From Candidatus Udaeobacter sp. (GTDB taxonomy: Bacteria; Verrucomicrobiota; Verrucomicrobiia; Chthoniobacterales; UBA10450), in the NCBI GenBank assembly GCA_049791915.1, contig JBARAJ010000015.1, forward strand, positions 1,811 through 65,810: a stretch of DNA of 64,000 bases, written 5' to 3'. This document shows positions 29,659 to 37,691 of this stretch, piece after piece. Numbering within the stretch: the stretch's first letter is position 1; each line of letters begins with the position of its first letter. The translations under genes were made by a program, and so were the position numbers. Under the pieces are notes generated by a model that was given only the letters and a program-made list of their open reading frames with translations, was not told where the DNA came from and made no database searches.

Positions 29659-30752
29659 CGGATCAAATCGAAATCATTATGATTCAACTGTATTGCTCGG
29701 CATGTCACTATAGTCCCTTTCTGGCCATTTCGTCGAATATCGAAGGTCCCACCGCTGAGTCCCGCCGCATGACGCATGAGATAAAGCCCGAGCCCTCCTG
29801 TTCGCGGCCTGTCTGGAAATCCAACTCCGTCATCGATGATTGATAGATAAAGTTCGGAGCCATCCATTGCGAGCCGAATATCAATGTGATTGGCAACAGC
29901 ATGTTTGACCGAGTTTGTTACCGCCTCTTGAGCGATTCGATATAATTGATTTGCAACAGTGGAATCCTGGATTGGAATCAACTCGTCGCCGGACAAAACG
30001 CATTTAATGCCGGATTGTTCGCTAACGGTTTCAGCCAGATTCTGCAATGCGACGACCAGGCCTTCGGCTTTGAGTTCTGGCGAAAAGAAGCCACGGGCAA
30101 GGTTCCGGGTGAAATCAATCCCTTCTTCAAGGCAGCGCACCAGTTTCTCTGCATCGCTGGTTTCCGGATCGCATCGTGCCGCGAGTTTTTCCTTCAATAC
30201 CTGAGCGGCGAGAGCCGTGCCAGTGAGGTGTTGCCCCAGCTTGTCGTGCAGATCGTGGCCCAACCGTCTCCGCTCACGATCCGCCACTTGAGCGATCTCT
30301 TGATCGAGTCGTCGCCGCTCAAGCATCTCGCGCTCGTACGCTGCCGTCCGTTCGTCGACACGTCGGTCAAGTTCCCGAACGAGAATTCCTAATTTCGATA
30401 CCACGCCTGCAAAAAGCACGTACGATGCAAAAGCCATTCCAATGTTCCAGTATTCGAGAGCTGGGATTCCAGCTGCAAGATCTGAAAGCACCCATACGAT
30501 GACGCAGACGGCTACGATTACGAACCCGAATTTGAAGTTGCCAAACCACGCGGCCAACGAGATCGGCAGAAAATAAAAGAGAAGTAACGACTGCTTGTAT
30601 CCCGTCAGATAATCGGCGTACCCAATCAGGCCAGCGAGGATAAGGCACGCGATGGTCAATGAACTGCGGGGAATTTTGAGACGATGAAAATTCCGCAGGT
30701 TAACTATGGCTCTGTCAAACACGGGTCGGCGCATGGTTTGCCGCAGTGTCAT
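29655..30752 (-). CDS. sensor histidine kinase (HisKA_3/NarX-LiaS type)
   Basis: Membrane N-terminus, H-box HDLHDKLGQHLTG and an HATPase_c region (DDGVGF...GGLGLYLM). A 4-nt overlap with the response-regulator gene. Confidence 0.9.
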   Translation of the reverse strand: MTLRQTMRRPVFDRAIVNLRNFHRLKIPRSSLTIACLILAGLIGYADYLTGYKQSLLLFYFLPISLAAWFGNFKFGFVIVAVCVIVWVLSDLAAGIPALEYWNIGMAFASYVLFAGVVSKLGILVRELDRRVDERTAAYEREMLERRRLDQEIAQVADRERRRLGHDLHDKLGQHLTGTALAAQVLKEKLAARCDPETSDAEKLVRCLEEGIDFTRNLARGFFSPELKAEGLVVALQNLAETVSEQSGIKCVLSGDELIPIQDSTVANQLYRIAQEAVTNSVKHAVANHIDIRLAMDGSELYLSIIDDGVGFPDRPRTGGLGLYLMRHAAGLSGGTFDIRRNGQKGTIVTCRAIQLNHNDFDLIR

Positions 30753-30833
30753 TCATTTACGCTGATTACGATCTGCGACAAACGAAGATTTGGTAAATTG
30801 CCGATGACCGAATCGCGTATACGGGCGTTCCGA

Positions 30834-30897
30834 ATGTCCGGCGAGGCCCTACCTGAAAATTCAGGTGCGCGCCTGATAGACAATTCGTTTGATTTCC
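30834..30897 (-). promoter_or_regulatory. conserved upstream block (copy 2), candidate autoregulatory operator/promoter region
   Basis: ATGTCCGGCGAGGCCCTAC CTGAAAATTCAGG ... ACAATTCGTTTGATTTCC lies 82 nt upstream of the kinase gene. It contains the perfect palindrome CCTGAAAATTCAGG. Confidence 0.4.
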
Positions 30898-31050
30898 ATC
30901 AAAAAGGGGCAGCGGCTGCGAAAGAGTGGAGGTGTCGGAGAGGCGGTCCCGGGATCAAACCGTGCTAATTCATTAAACACCGGCTGGGTTAAAGTCCCCG
31001 TCCCATTCCCAGCCTTCGCAGTCGCTACCCAGCTGAGCATCAAAATGGAG

Positions 31051-31123
31051 TGGAGCCTAGGGGATTCGAACCCCTGACCTCCTCAATGCCATTGAGGCGC
31101 TCTACCAACTGAGCTAAGACCCC
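31051..31123 (-). tRNA. tRNA-Ala (anticodon GGC)
   Basis: The reverse complement is GGGGTCTTAGCTCAGTTGGTAGAGCGCCTCAATGGCATTGAGGAGGTCAGGGGTTCGAATCCCCTAGGCTCCA. It has the G3:U70 identity pair and anticodon loop ATGGCAT. CCA is not encoded. Confidence 0.9.
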
Positions 31124-31301
31124 GACGAAGAATTTCAGACTTTAGGTTTCAGATTGCGCATTGCAACCGGAGAGAAAACCTTCGGTGTCGTCTCACGCTC
31201 ATGGGTTCCGACCCTCGTGCCGCTGGCGAGAAAATAATTTGCTCATTTGCTGAACAAGTCGGAACAAGTTCCAGTCAAAGGTTTGCAACTACGAGGTATT
31301 T

Positions 31302-32375
31302 ATGATGTTTAATGCTCGGAGACTAAAAATGAATCGATCTGCATTTTCGGCATTGTTCGTGGCCGGGGCGCTTGCGGGAAATCTTCACAATGCGACCGGA
31401 CAAATGATCAATCCAACTGTGCAAACTGCGTCGCCGCGTGTCGTGGCGACCCGCAGCGCGCCAACGACGGCCGCGAGGCCGGTTGCGACTGCACGCGTGG
31501 CGCCGCAGGGCATTCCCCGGCCAACCGGTTTCAACCCTCAAAGGTTCAACCCGAATCTTCCTCCCACTTATGCGCCGCCCGTACAGACTTCGAATCCTGC
31601 TTTCGCCGCGTTGAACATGCAGCCGAGCGGACCGGGGCAACAATCCATTAGAGTTGATCCAGCGACACGCCAAACTGAGTTGCGCACGTTGGCGGCAATG
31701 CGCCCACGACGCGGCATCGTTACCCGCCAAGGAAACATTCTGGATCCAGCGACGCGTCAAAATGAAATCCGCACATTAGCGATGATGCGTGAACAACGGG
31801 GATTCGGGGCTGACGATCGAACGCTCGCTGTGATCGACCCTCAACAGCGTGTTACAAATCGTGATCCAGAGGCGGGACCGCAGCCGGAGAAGCCTGGAGC
31901 GCCGAAAGACGCCCACGGCAAGAAGTGGCGCAACAGAAAGGATCGTATCGGCTTTGACGAAGCATTCCGTCGTCACTGGCACGAGTCGCATGACCGTAAC
32001 TGGTGGCATGATCATTGTGCGACGATCGTTTTCGTAAATACCGGGTATTACTTCCTGGACGGGAGCTACTGGTATCCAGCCTATGGTTACGATCCATTAC
32101 AGAACTATTACGACTACGATGGGCCGATCTACACCTACGGCAATTTGCTTCCCGACGAAGTCATCGGGAACGTTCAGACAGCGCTGCAAGATGCAGGCTA
32201 CTATGTTGGAGAAATAACGGGTTCGTTAGGCGTTGATACCCGAGCGGCTATCGCGAATTTCCAGCGCGATTACGGCTTGCCGATCACGGGAGCAATCGAT
32301 GAGCCGACAGTCGAAGCGTTGGGATTGTATCAGACTGACGACAGTAATAATTTTCAAACTGACCAGGGTTACTAG
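31302..32375 (+). CDS. secreted protein with C-terminal peptidoglycan-binding domain (PG_binding_1)
   Basis: Signal peptide, an internal repeat DPATRQ(T/N)E(L/I)RTLA.MR, and C-terminal LQDAGYYVGEITGSLGVDTRAAIANFQRDYGLPITG. The start could be 31329. Confidence 0.75.
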   Translation: MMFNARRLKMNRSAFSALFVAGALAGNLHNATGQMINPTVQTASPRVVATRSAPTTAARPVATARVAPQGIPRPTGFNPQRFNPNLPPTYAPPVQTSNPAFAALNMQPSGPGQQSIRVDPATRQTELRTLAAMRPRRGIVTRQGNILDPATRQNEIRTLAMMREQRGFGADDRTLAVIDPQQRVTNRDPEAGPQPEKPGAPKDAHGKKWRNRKDRIGFDEAFRRHWHESHDRNWWHDHCATIVFVNTGYYFLDGSYWYPAYGYDPLQNYYDYDGPIYTYGNLLPDEVIGNVQTALQDAGYYVGEITGSLGVDTRAAIANFQRDYGLPITGAIDEPTVEALGLYQTDDSNNFQTDQGY

Positions 32376-32643
32376 GTCCGGTTCTCGCCGCAGCTGACCC
32401 AACGCGCTCCGCGGATTGGCGAGTCCCAACGCCAAAGCCGGGCGTCGACGCGAACTGAAGGTTTAGCATTCCTTCGCAGGCTCTCATCTGTTTAGCGCCA
32501 AAGGCGCGTCATTAATTTGCGAGCCTGGGGCGATGCCCCAGGATGCGTAGATGGTTTAAGCGCCAGCGCTGAAAGCGCGATTCACGTCTGGCTCAAGGAT
32601 TCGCTTGATCGTCGCACCCGAAGCGCTTTAAGAAAGTGGCTTG

Positions 32644-33726
32644 ATGGGCGATAACAGTTTTCGAAACAACGTTCCTGACCCGTTTTTGTCTGGGAAAGAA
32701 TTGCCGACGTTCAAGTTCGAACTGGAAAAATCGAAGGGCAAAGTTCTTGGGGGCAGCTTTGGCAAGGAAGTAACTTTCGAACAACTGCCGATCTCGAAAG
32801 GAATCGCTGGCGTCTCGATGCAGCTTGAACCTGGCGTGATGCGCGAGTTGCACTGGCATGCCACGGCTGCGGAATGGGCGTTTGTGTTGAAAGGTCGTGT
32901 GCGCACGACTGTGATTAACCCAGTCGGGCAAACTGAGACGAACGACTTTGATCCGGGCGACATTTGGTATTTTCCGCGTGGGCACGCTCACGTGCTCGAA
33001 TGCCTCGGGAATGAACCGACACATTTCATTCTGATTTTCGACAACGGTTATTTCTCCGAGTTCGGCACGTTCAGCGTTACCGATTGGATCGGCCATGCGC
33101 CCAAATCGCTGCTTGCGAAAAATTTTGGGTTGCCGGGGTCAGCGTTTGACGGTTTTCCAAGCGAGGAGGTTTACTTCGCTCGCGGCGCGATTCCGCCGGA
33201 GCAAATACCAGAAAATCTTCAGGGTCCGCGTGTTTCGCCGCCGCAGACACACAAATTTCGGATGCTTTCTGAGGCGCCTCACGGCGTGTTCAAAGGTGGT
33301 CGCGAATGGCGCGTCGACTCGACGCGATTTCCAATTTCGCGGACGATCACTGGCGTTATTCTCGACCTTGAACCCGGCGCTCTCCGCGAATTGCACTGGC
33401 ATCCCAACGCTGATGAATGGCAATACATTATCAAGGGCGATGTGAGCGTGACCATGTTTGGGTCGCACGGCCGTTTCCGGACAGAGGTCCTGCACGCCGG
33501 AGACGTCGGGTACATCCCGCAAGGTTACGGGCATTCGATCGAGAACGTGGGCGGCGACCAGAGCCGGATACTGATCGGATTCAACACCGGGATTTACGAA
33601 TCGATTGACCTTTCTTCCTGGATTGCCGGCAATCCAGTGGATGTTCTCGCGACAAATTTTAACAAACCTGAATCATTGATTCGCACATTCCCGCGCAAAG
33701 ACGTGTTCATTGCACCAGGTGAATGA
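32644..33726 (+). CDS. oxalate decarboxylase-family bicupin
   Basis: Two cupin modules, RELHWHATAAEWAFVLKG and RELHWHPNADEWQYIIKG, with His/Glu Mn ligands. From memory it is collinear with B. subtilis OxdC. Confidence 0.8.
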   Translation: MGDNSFRNNVPDPFLSGKELPTFKFELEKSKGKVLGGSFGKEVTFEQLPISKGIAGVSMQLEPGVMRELHWHATAAEWAFVLKGRVRTTVINPVGQTETNDFDPGDIWYFPRGHAHVLECLGNEPTHFILIFDNGYFSEFGTFSVTDWIGHAPKSLLAKNFGLPGSAFDGFPSEEVYFARGAIPPEQIPENLQGPRVSPPQTHKFRMLSEAPHGVFKGGREWRVDSTRFPISRTITGVILDLEPGALRELHWHPNADEWQYIIKGDVSVTMFGSHGRFRTEVLHAGDVGYIPQGYGHSIENVGGDQSRILIGFNTGIYESIDLSSWIAGNPVDVLATNFNKPESLIRTFPRKDVFIAPGE

Positions 33727-33748
33727 GTCAAGAACCAGAAGGTGACAT

Positions 33749-34291
33749 ATGAAAACGAAAAGCTGCACGTTTCTTTTGTCGTGTGTTCTGATCTCTGGTG
33801 ATACTGCGCATCTCCTCGGTGCGAACATGCGCAGCTTTATCGAATCGGTTCGAAGGAAAGCACCCGTTGTCTATGTTGGTTCTGTCAAGGAAGTGCGCCT
33901 GTCGCAACGAACAAAGTTCGACATCAAAGCAAAGGCAGTCGTGGATATCAAAGCGGTGATGCGAACTCCGGGGATAAGTCCTCAGCAGGCGACTATCGAG
34001 TATTCCAGCTATGACGACAAAACACCAATGATGGAAGGGGGTCCTCAATATCAACTGCGACCCGGTGTTTCGGTGATCGTTTTTGCCAACTCCTTCGACG
34101 CCAGCATTCCGCCTGGATATCTCGCTCAGGGCAGCCCTCAGGAGTTGCTGCAGCGAGTTGATGCGTTACGCGATGCTCTTACTAAGATGTCTCCTGATCA
34201 ACTCAAAATGAACGAGATTACGCAGGACGATCGCCGCGTTCAGATAAGCTTGTACGAAAAGCTTTCCGCCTACCTCCGTGCGGCTAAATAG
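33749..34291 (+). CDS. hypothetical exported protein
   Basis: Signal-peptide-like N-terminus. It is tightly spaced between the bicupin and molybdoenzyme genes (22 and 14 nt gaps). Confidence 0.6.
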   Translation: MKTKSCTFLLSCVLISGDTAHLLGANMRSFIESVRRKAPVVYVGSVKEVRLSQRTKFDIKAKAVVDIKAVMRTPGISPQQATIEYSSYDDKTPMMEGGPQYQLRPGVSVIVFANSFDASIPPGYLAQGSPQELLQRVDALRDALTKMSPDQLKMNEITQDDRRVQISLYEKLSAYLRAAK

Positions 34292-34305
34292 TCCTTTCCG
34301 AACCG

Positions 34306-35382
34306 ATGCCACAAGAAGAAACAAAACTTCGCGATGGAAGAATCGTGCGCAGCGAAAGCCCGCTGAATCTGGAGATGCCGTTTTCGACGGTCGACAGCTT
34401 TCTCACGCCCACGAAATCGTTCTACGTTCGAACGCATTTTCCAATCCCGACGATCGATCGCAACGCGTGGTGGTTGCATGTAGACGGCGAAGTAGAAAAG
34501 CCGTTCGCCATTGATTACGAAGAGCTCATCACGCTCGAGTCGGTGACGATTCCGGCGACTTTGGAATGCGCCGGGAACAATCGGAATTTTCTGGAACCGA
34601 AAGTAAAGGGCGTGCAATGGCGACTCGGCGCAGTCGGCACCGCGGAGTGGACCGGAGTGCCACTCTCGCTCTTGCTCGATCGAGCGACTCTCAAGCCAAA
34701 CGCGTGCGAAGTAGTTCTGGAAGGAGCCGACCGCGGCATGCTTGAGGACTCGAAGAGTCCGCCCGGCGAATTGAAGTTCGCGCGCAGCATTCCCGTGGAA
34801 AAGGCGCAACGCGATGTGCTGCTGGCCTACAAAATGAATGGCGAAGACCTGCCGCCGGAGCACGGGTTTCCCGTGCGCGCAATCGTGCCCGGCTGGTACG
34901 CGATGGCATCCGTCAAATGGCTCCAGCGCATCATCGTCACCGACCGTCCGTTTACCGGATATTATCAAACGCTTGACTACGCATACTGGAAGAGGCGAGC
35001 CGACGGCGCGGAACTGACCCCGCTTAGCGAAATGCAAATCAAAGCAGAGATTGCGCGTCCGGCGGAGAGCGAGACGGTGCGCGCGAACACGAGCGCCCGC
35101 GTTTGCGGAGCCGCTTGGACGTGCGATGCAGAAATCACGAAAGTCGAACTGAGCACGGACGGTGGCGCAACGTGGAACAACACAAAATTGCTTGGCGAAT
35201 CGAATTCGAACGCATGGCGATTATGGGAGTTCAACTGGCAGACACCGTCGCAACCGGGGAAACAAACTCTCATGGCCAGCGCTACCGATTCACTCGGTCG
35301 AACGCAACCATCGCATCGCGACCCCGATCGCGGCACCTATATGATCAATCATCTGCTGCCGATCGAAGTCGAAGTGGTGTAG
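34306..35382 (+). CDS. sulfite oxidase-fold molybdopterin oxidoreductase (SorA/SUOX-like, no signal peptide)
   Basis: YVRTHFPIP and ATLECAGNNR (Mo-ligand Cys) motifs, plus a C-terminal Mo-co dimerisation-like domain. Confidence 0.85.
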   Translation: MPQEETKLRDGRIVRSESPLNLEMPFSTVDSFLTPTKSFYVRTHFPIPTIDRNAWWLHVDGEVEKPFAIDYEELITLESVTIPATLECAGNNRNFLEPKVKGVQWRLGAVGTAEWTGVPLSLLLDRATLKPNACEVVLEGADRGMLEDSKSPPGELKFARSIPVEKAQRDVLLAYKMNGEDLPPEHGFPVRAIVPGWYAMASVKWLQRIIVTDRPFTGYYQTLDYAYWKRRADGAELTPLSEMQIKAEIARPAESETVRANTSARVCGAAWTCDAEITKVELSTDGGATWNNTKLLGESNSNAWRLWEFNWQTPSQPGKQTLMASATDSLGRTQPSHRDPDRGTYMINHLLPIEVEVV

Positions 35383-35674
35383 CGACCACATCCCGCCTGC
35401 GGAAACTCCTCAAGCCGCGTGCGCGAAGCGTTTTACGCGGCATGAGGAGTCATCTGCTGCCGACCGAAGTCGAAGTGAAGTAGCGTATGCGTCTCGCTTG
35501 CGAAATTTGTTGAACTCGCGCGCGTCTCCTTGGCTCGCCGTAGCCTTGGCTTAGGCGGCGCGTGCTGGCGAGCACGTCCTCGCGATCGCGAACTTTTCTC
35601 TCCCTGACAAATCTAATCGGGCGATATTCATCGCCAGCAAGTCGTAGGTCGCCGCGGCGGCGGAAGCCTCAGCG

Positions 35675-35835
35675 AATGGAGCGACCGGGATGAGCGACAT
35701 GGCCGGTTAAGCCGCAAGGGTAGCGGTCGAGCCGAGCGGGAGCGAGCGAGATACAATGGAGCGACCGGGATGAGCGACATGGCCGGTTAAGCTGCGAGGG
35801 TGTGCGGTCTAGCGCAGCGGGAGCTGCTGAGATAC
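35675..35835. repeat. tandem direct repeat, 2 units of about 80 nt
   Basis: Units at 35675-35754 and 35755-35835 begin with an identical 38 nt (AATGGAGCGACCGGGATGAGCGACATGGCCGGTTAAGC). They then diverge and both end in GAGATAC. Confidence 0.85.
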
Positions 35836-35836
35836 A

Positions 35837-35858
35837 AAGCGGATTACGCCGCTTTTTT
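35837..35858 (+). terminator. putative intrinsic terminator (plus strand)
   Basis: AAGCGG-ATTACG-CCGCTT hairpin followed by TTTT. It overlaps the stop region of the minus-strand rpoZ-like gene. Confidence 0.45.
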
Positions 35859-36140
35859 AGTTACAGCTTTCTTAGCTTTTTTGCTCTCAGCGACCTCGGG
35901 GAACAACACGATCCGGGCAGGAGTCTCAGCGGTTCCATTCTGACCGAAGGTCGACTCGAACGTCAGTTTTCCATTAGCGATCTCGGTTAGCGCGATATCC
36001 GCTGCACCAAGCCCCGGAGCACATACCACGAGAGGACGATGACCGAGCGTCAGCTGGCGAACGCGGCGCGAGACCATGTTCACCAAGATTTGCGGACTAG
36101 TGATTACTTCGGAGGCGGCTTGAACGAGTTCGGCTTTCAT
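35844..36140 (-). CDS. rpoZ: DNA-directed RNA polymerase subunit omega-like protein
   Basis: ILVNMVSRRVRQLTLG resembles the omega core motif (..L...A..RA.QL). About 98 aa from the ATG at 36140; an alternative GTG lies at 36194. Confidence 0.55.
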   Translation of the reverse strand: MKAELVQAASEVITSPQILVNMVSRRVRQLTLGHRPLVVCAPGLGAADIALTEIANGKLTFESTFGQNGTAETPARIVLFPEVAESKKAKKAVTKKAA

Positions 36141-36893
36141 AATTTGATTCTCACTTCTACACGGCACCCACGTCGCACCGACTTTGGCGCGCACCGGAGG
36201 CTGACTTTCCTCCTTCGTCCTTCGGGCTTCGAAGACCTCCGACTATCGCCCAGAAAACCAATTCCGCAACACGACGTGGGCGGACGCCGTCGCGTAACGC
36301 TGACCTCCCGCCGTGATCAGTGAAGGCGGCGCGACTCTCAACTCCGTAAAGGAGCGTGGCTCCGACGGAGCTTTACGCGCTCAACAATCAACCCTCAACT
36401 TTCCCTTTGTCCTTCTTAATTGCGCTCCCAGCGCACTTTCTGCTATTTTCCGCGTTTCATGCGTCAGAAGCGATTACCTGCAGCTTTGCGATTCCCTCGT
36501 CGACGTTGAACTGTGGAGGTTTGCCAGCCCCTTTCGAGAGACGTCGTAGATCGTCGGTGGTTGGGATATTTCATCTTATCGCGATTGGTGGGATTTCATC
36601 GAGACGGTCCTAAACGCGGATCAAAGCAACGCGAGCGAAATGTAGTCGAACGGCGCGACGAGAATGTTGGTACGCGGATATGCTAAAACGGTGTTTCCAG
36701 CGATCGTAACGTTGCTTTAAGGAGTCGATTGAGGGTCAGAGCTTGCTATCGACACAGCGCCATTCCAAAAAGCTGAAATGGAACTAGCTCATAACCCCGG
36801 CGACAGAAGACCAGGTTCGCGATCGCGGGGTGCGATTCACAGACACGCGTGTGCGCCCATTGAAACTCGCTCCTTGTCCACACTCGCTCACTG

Positions 36894-37247
36894 CTATTCA
36901 AAATACGTATCCTCGTGCGCGTAAGGGGGCGCGCAGCAACAGAGAAAGCGTAGCGGCTCTGTAGCCGTGATCGTGTGCCACGCACCGGGAGGGATGAGGA
37001 TCGCATCGCCCGGGCCGACCATTCGACGTTCGCCATCGAGTTGTATCTCGCCGGCGCCTTCGAGGATGAAATAAAGCTCCTCAGCGACCTTGTGATAGTG
37101 CCGCTCTGTCCTGCCTCCCGCGGGGAGGCGCGCTTCCGCAAGGCTTTGGTTTTGGACGGGCGCATTCGTGCGATCGAGAATCGAACGGATAGTCGAGCCG
37201 TCTTTCGTGATAAAAGGCGTCTGGGCCGAGAGATTCTGGACGGTCAT
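36894..37247 (-). CDS. cupin domain protein
   Basis: Cupin_2 motifs G..TERHYH....ELYFILEG and PPGAWH. 117 aa. Confidence 0.75.
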   Translation of the reverse strand: MTVQNLSAQTPFITKDGSTIRSILDRTNAPVQNQSLAEARLPAGGRTERHYHKVAEELYFILEGAGEIQLDGERRMVGPGDAILIPPGAWHTITATEPLRFLCCCAPPYAHEDTYFE

Positions 37248-37484
37248 AGTCTTTAAAGATGCCGCGACGCGGGGCGCGACGGAAGCCTAAGTTTCTCGCT
37301 TCTGCTCGGACTGGTTTAGCTACTCCCCAAATTGCTGCTGACCTATTCGACAAGCTCCCGCCACGGCGGGCAGGCGAAGGAAGGCTTTGACGCGCCGCTC
37401 GTGCAGTCGCGCTGGACGAAGCCGGATCGCGCAGTACGTTGCTCGTCGTGGACGGCTCACGCGCCCCGGCGGCCAGGCTCTGCC

Positions 37485-37590
37485 GTGGCTACAGCCCAGC
37501 CGACACGGCTGCCTCTACAGTCTTGCGGCTGACACAGCCGCCACTACAACGCCCGCGCTCATGTATCATAAGCGGCTTATGATAGGTGGC
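37485..37590. repeat. hairpin-rich repeat upstream of pfk (CAGCCGACACGGCTGCCTCTACAG + palindrome ATCATAAGC-G-GCTTATGAT)
   Basis: It shares two blocks, in the same order and orientation, with 39162-39222. Confidence 0.7.
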
Positions 37591-37691
37591 TAACAGACTT
37601 ACCCGCGGGCTCTGAGCGATGCCTCTTGCACATCCAATCGCTTCCGTCGATTTTCCTTTTGCTTGCTCGAAGAAAACGGCAAAGCGGTCGC

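Noticed and set aside
32486-32590. Hairpin-rich block (AGCGCCAAAGGCGCG ... CCTGGGGCGATGCCCCAGG ... AGCGCCAGCGCTGAAAGCGCG) upstream of the bicupin gene
   Set aside because: It looks like a further dispersed repeat family. Only one copy is present in this window, so I cannot support it as a repeat from the sequence given.
35675-35835. Tandem 80-nt repeat considered as a CRISPR array or a DGR template/variable pair
   Set aside because: There are only two units with no spacers, so it is not a CRISPR array. The differences between units are not adenine-specific and no reverse transcriptase is nearby, so it is not a DGR.
36195-36220. GGAGGAAAGTC on the minus strand, resembling the RNase P RNA P4 motif
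   Set aside because: Only about 10 nt match. An RNase P RNA starting here would have to run through the rpoZ-like CDS, and no other conserved RNase P blocks are present. It is more likely a Shine-Dalgarno-like sequence.
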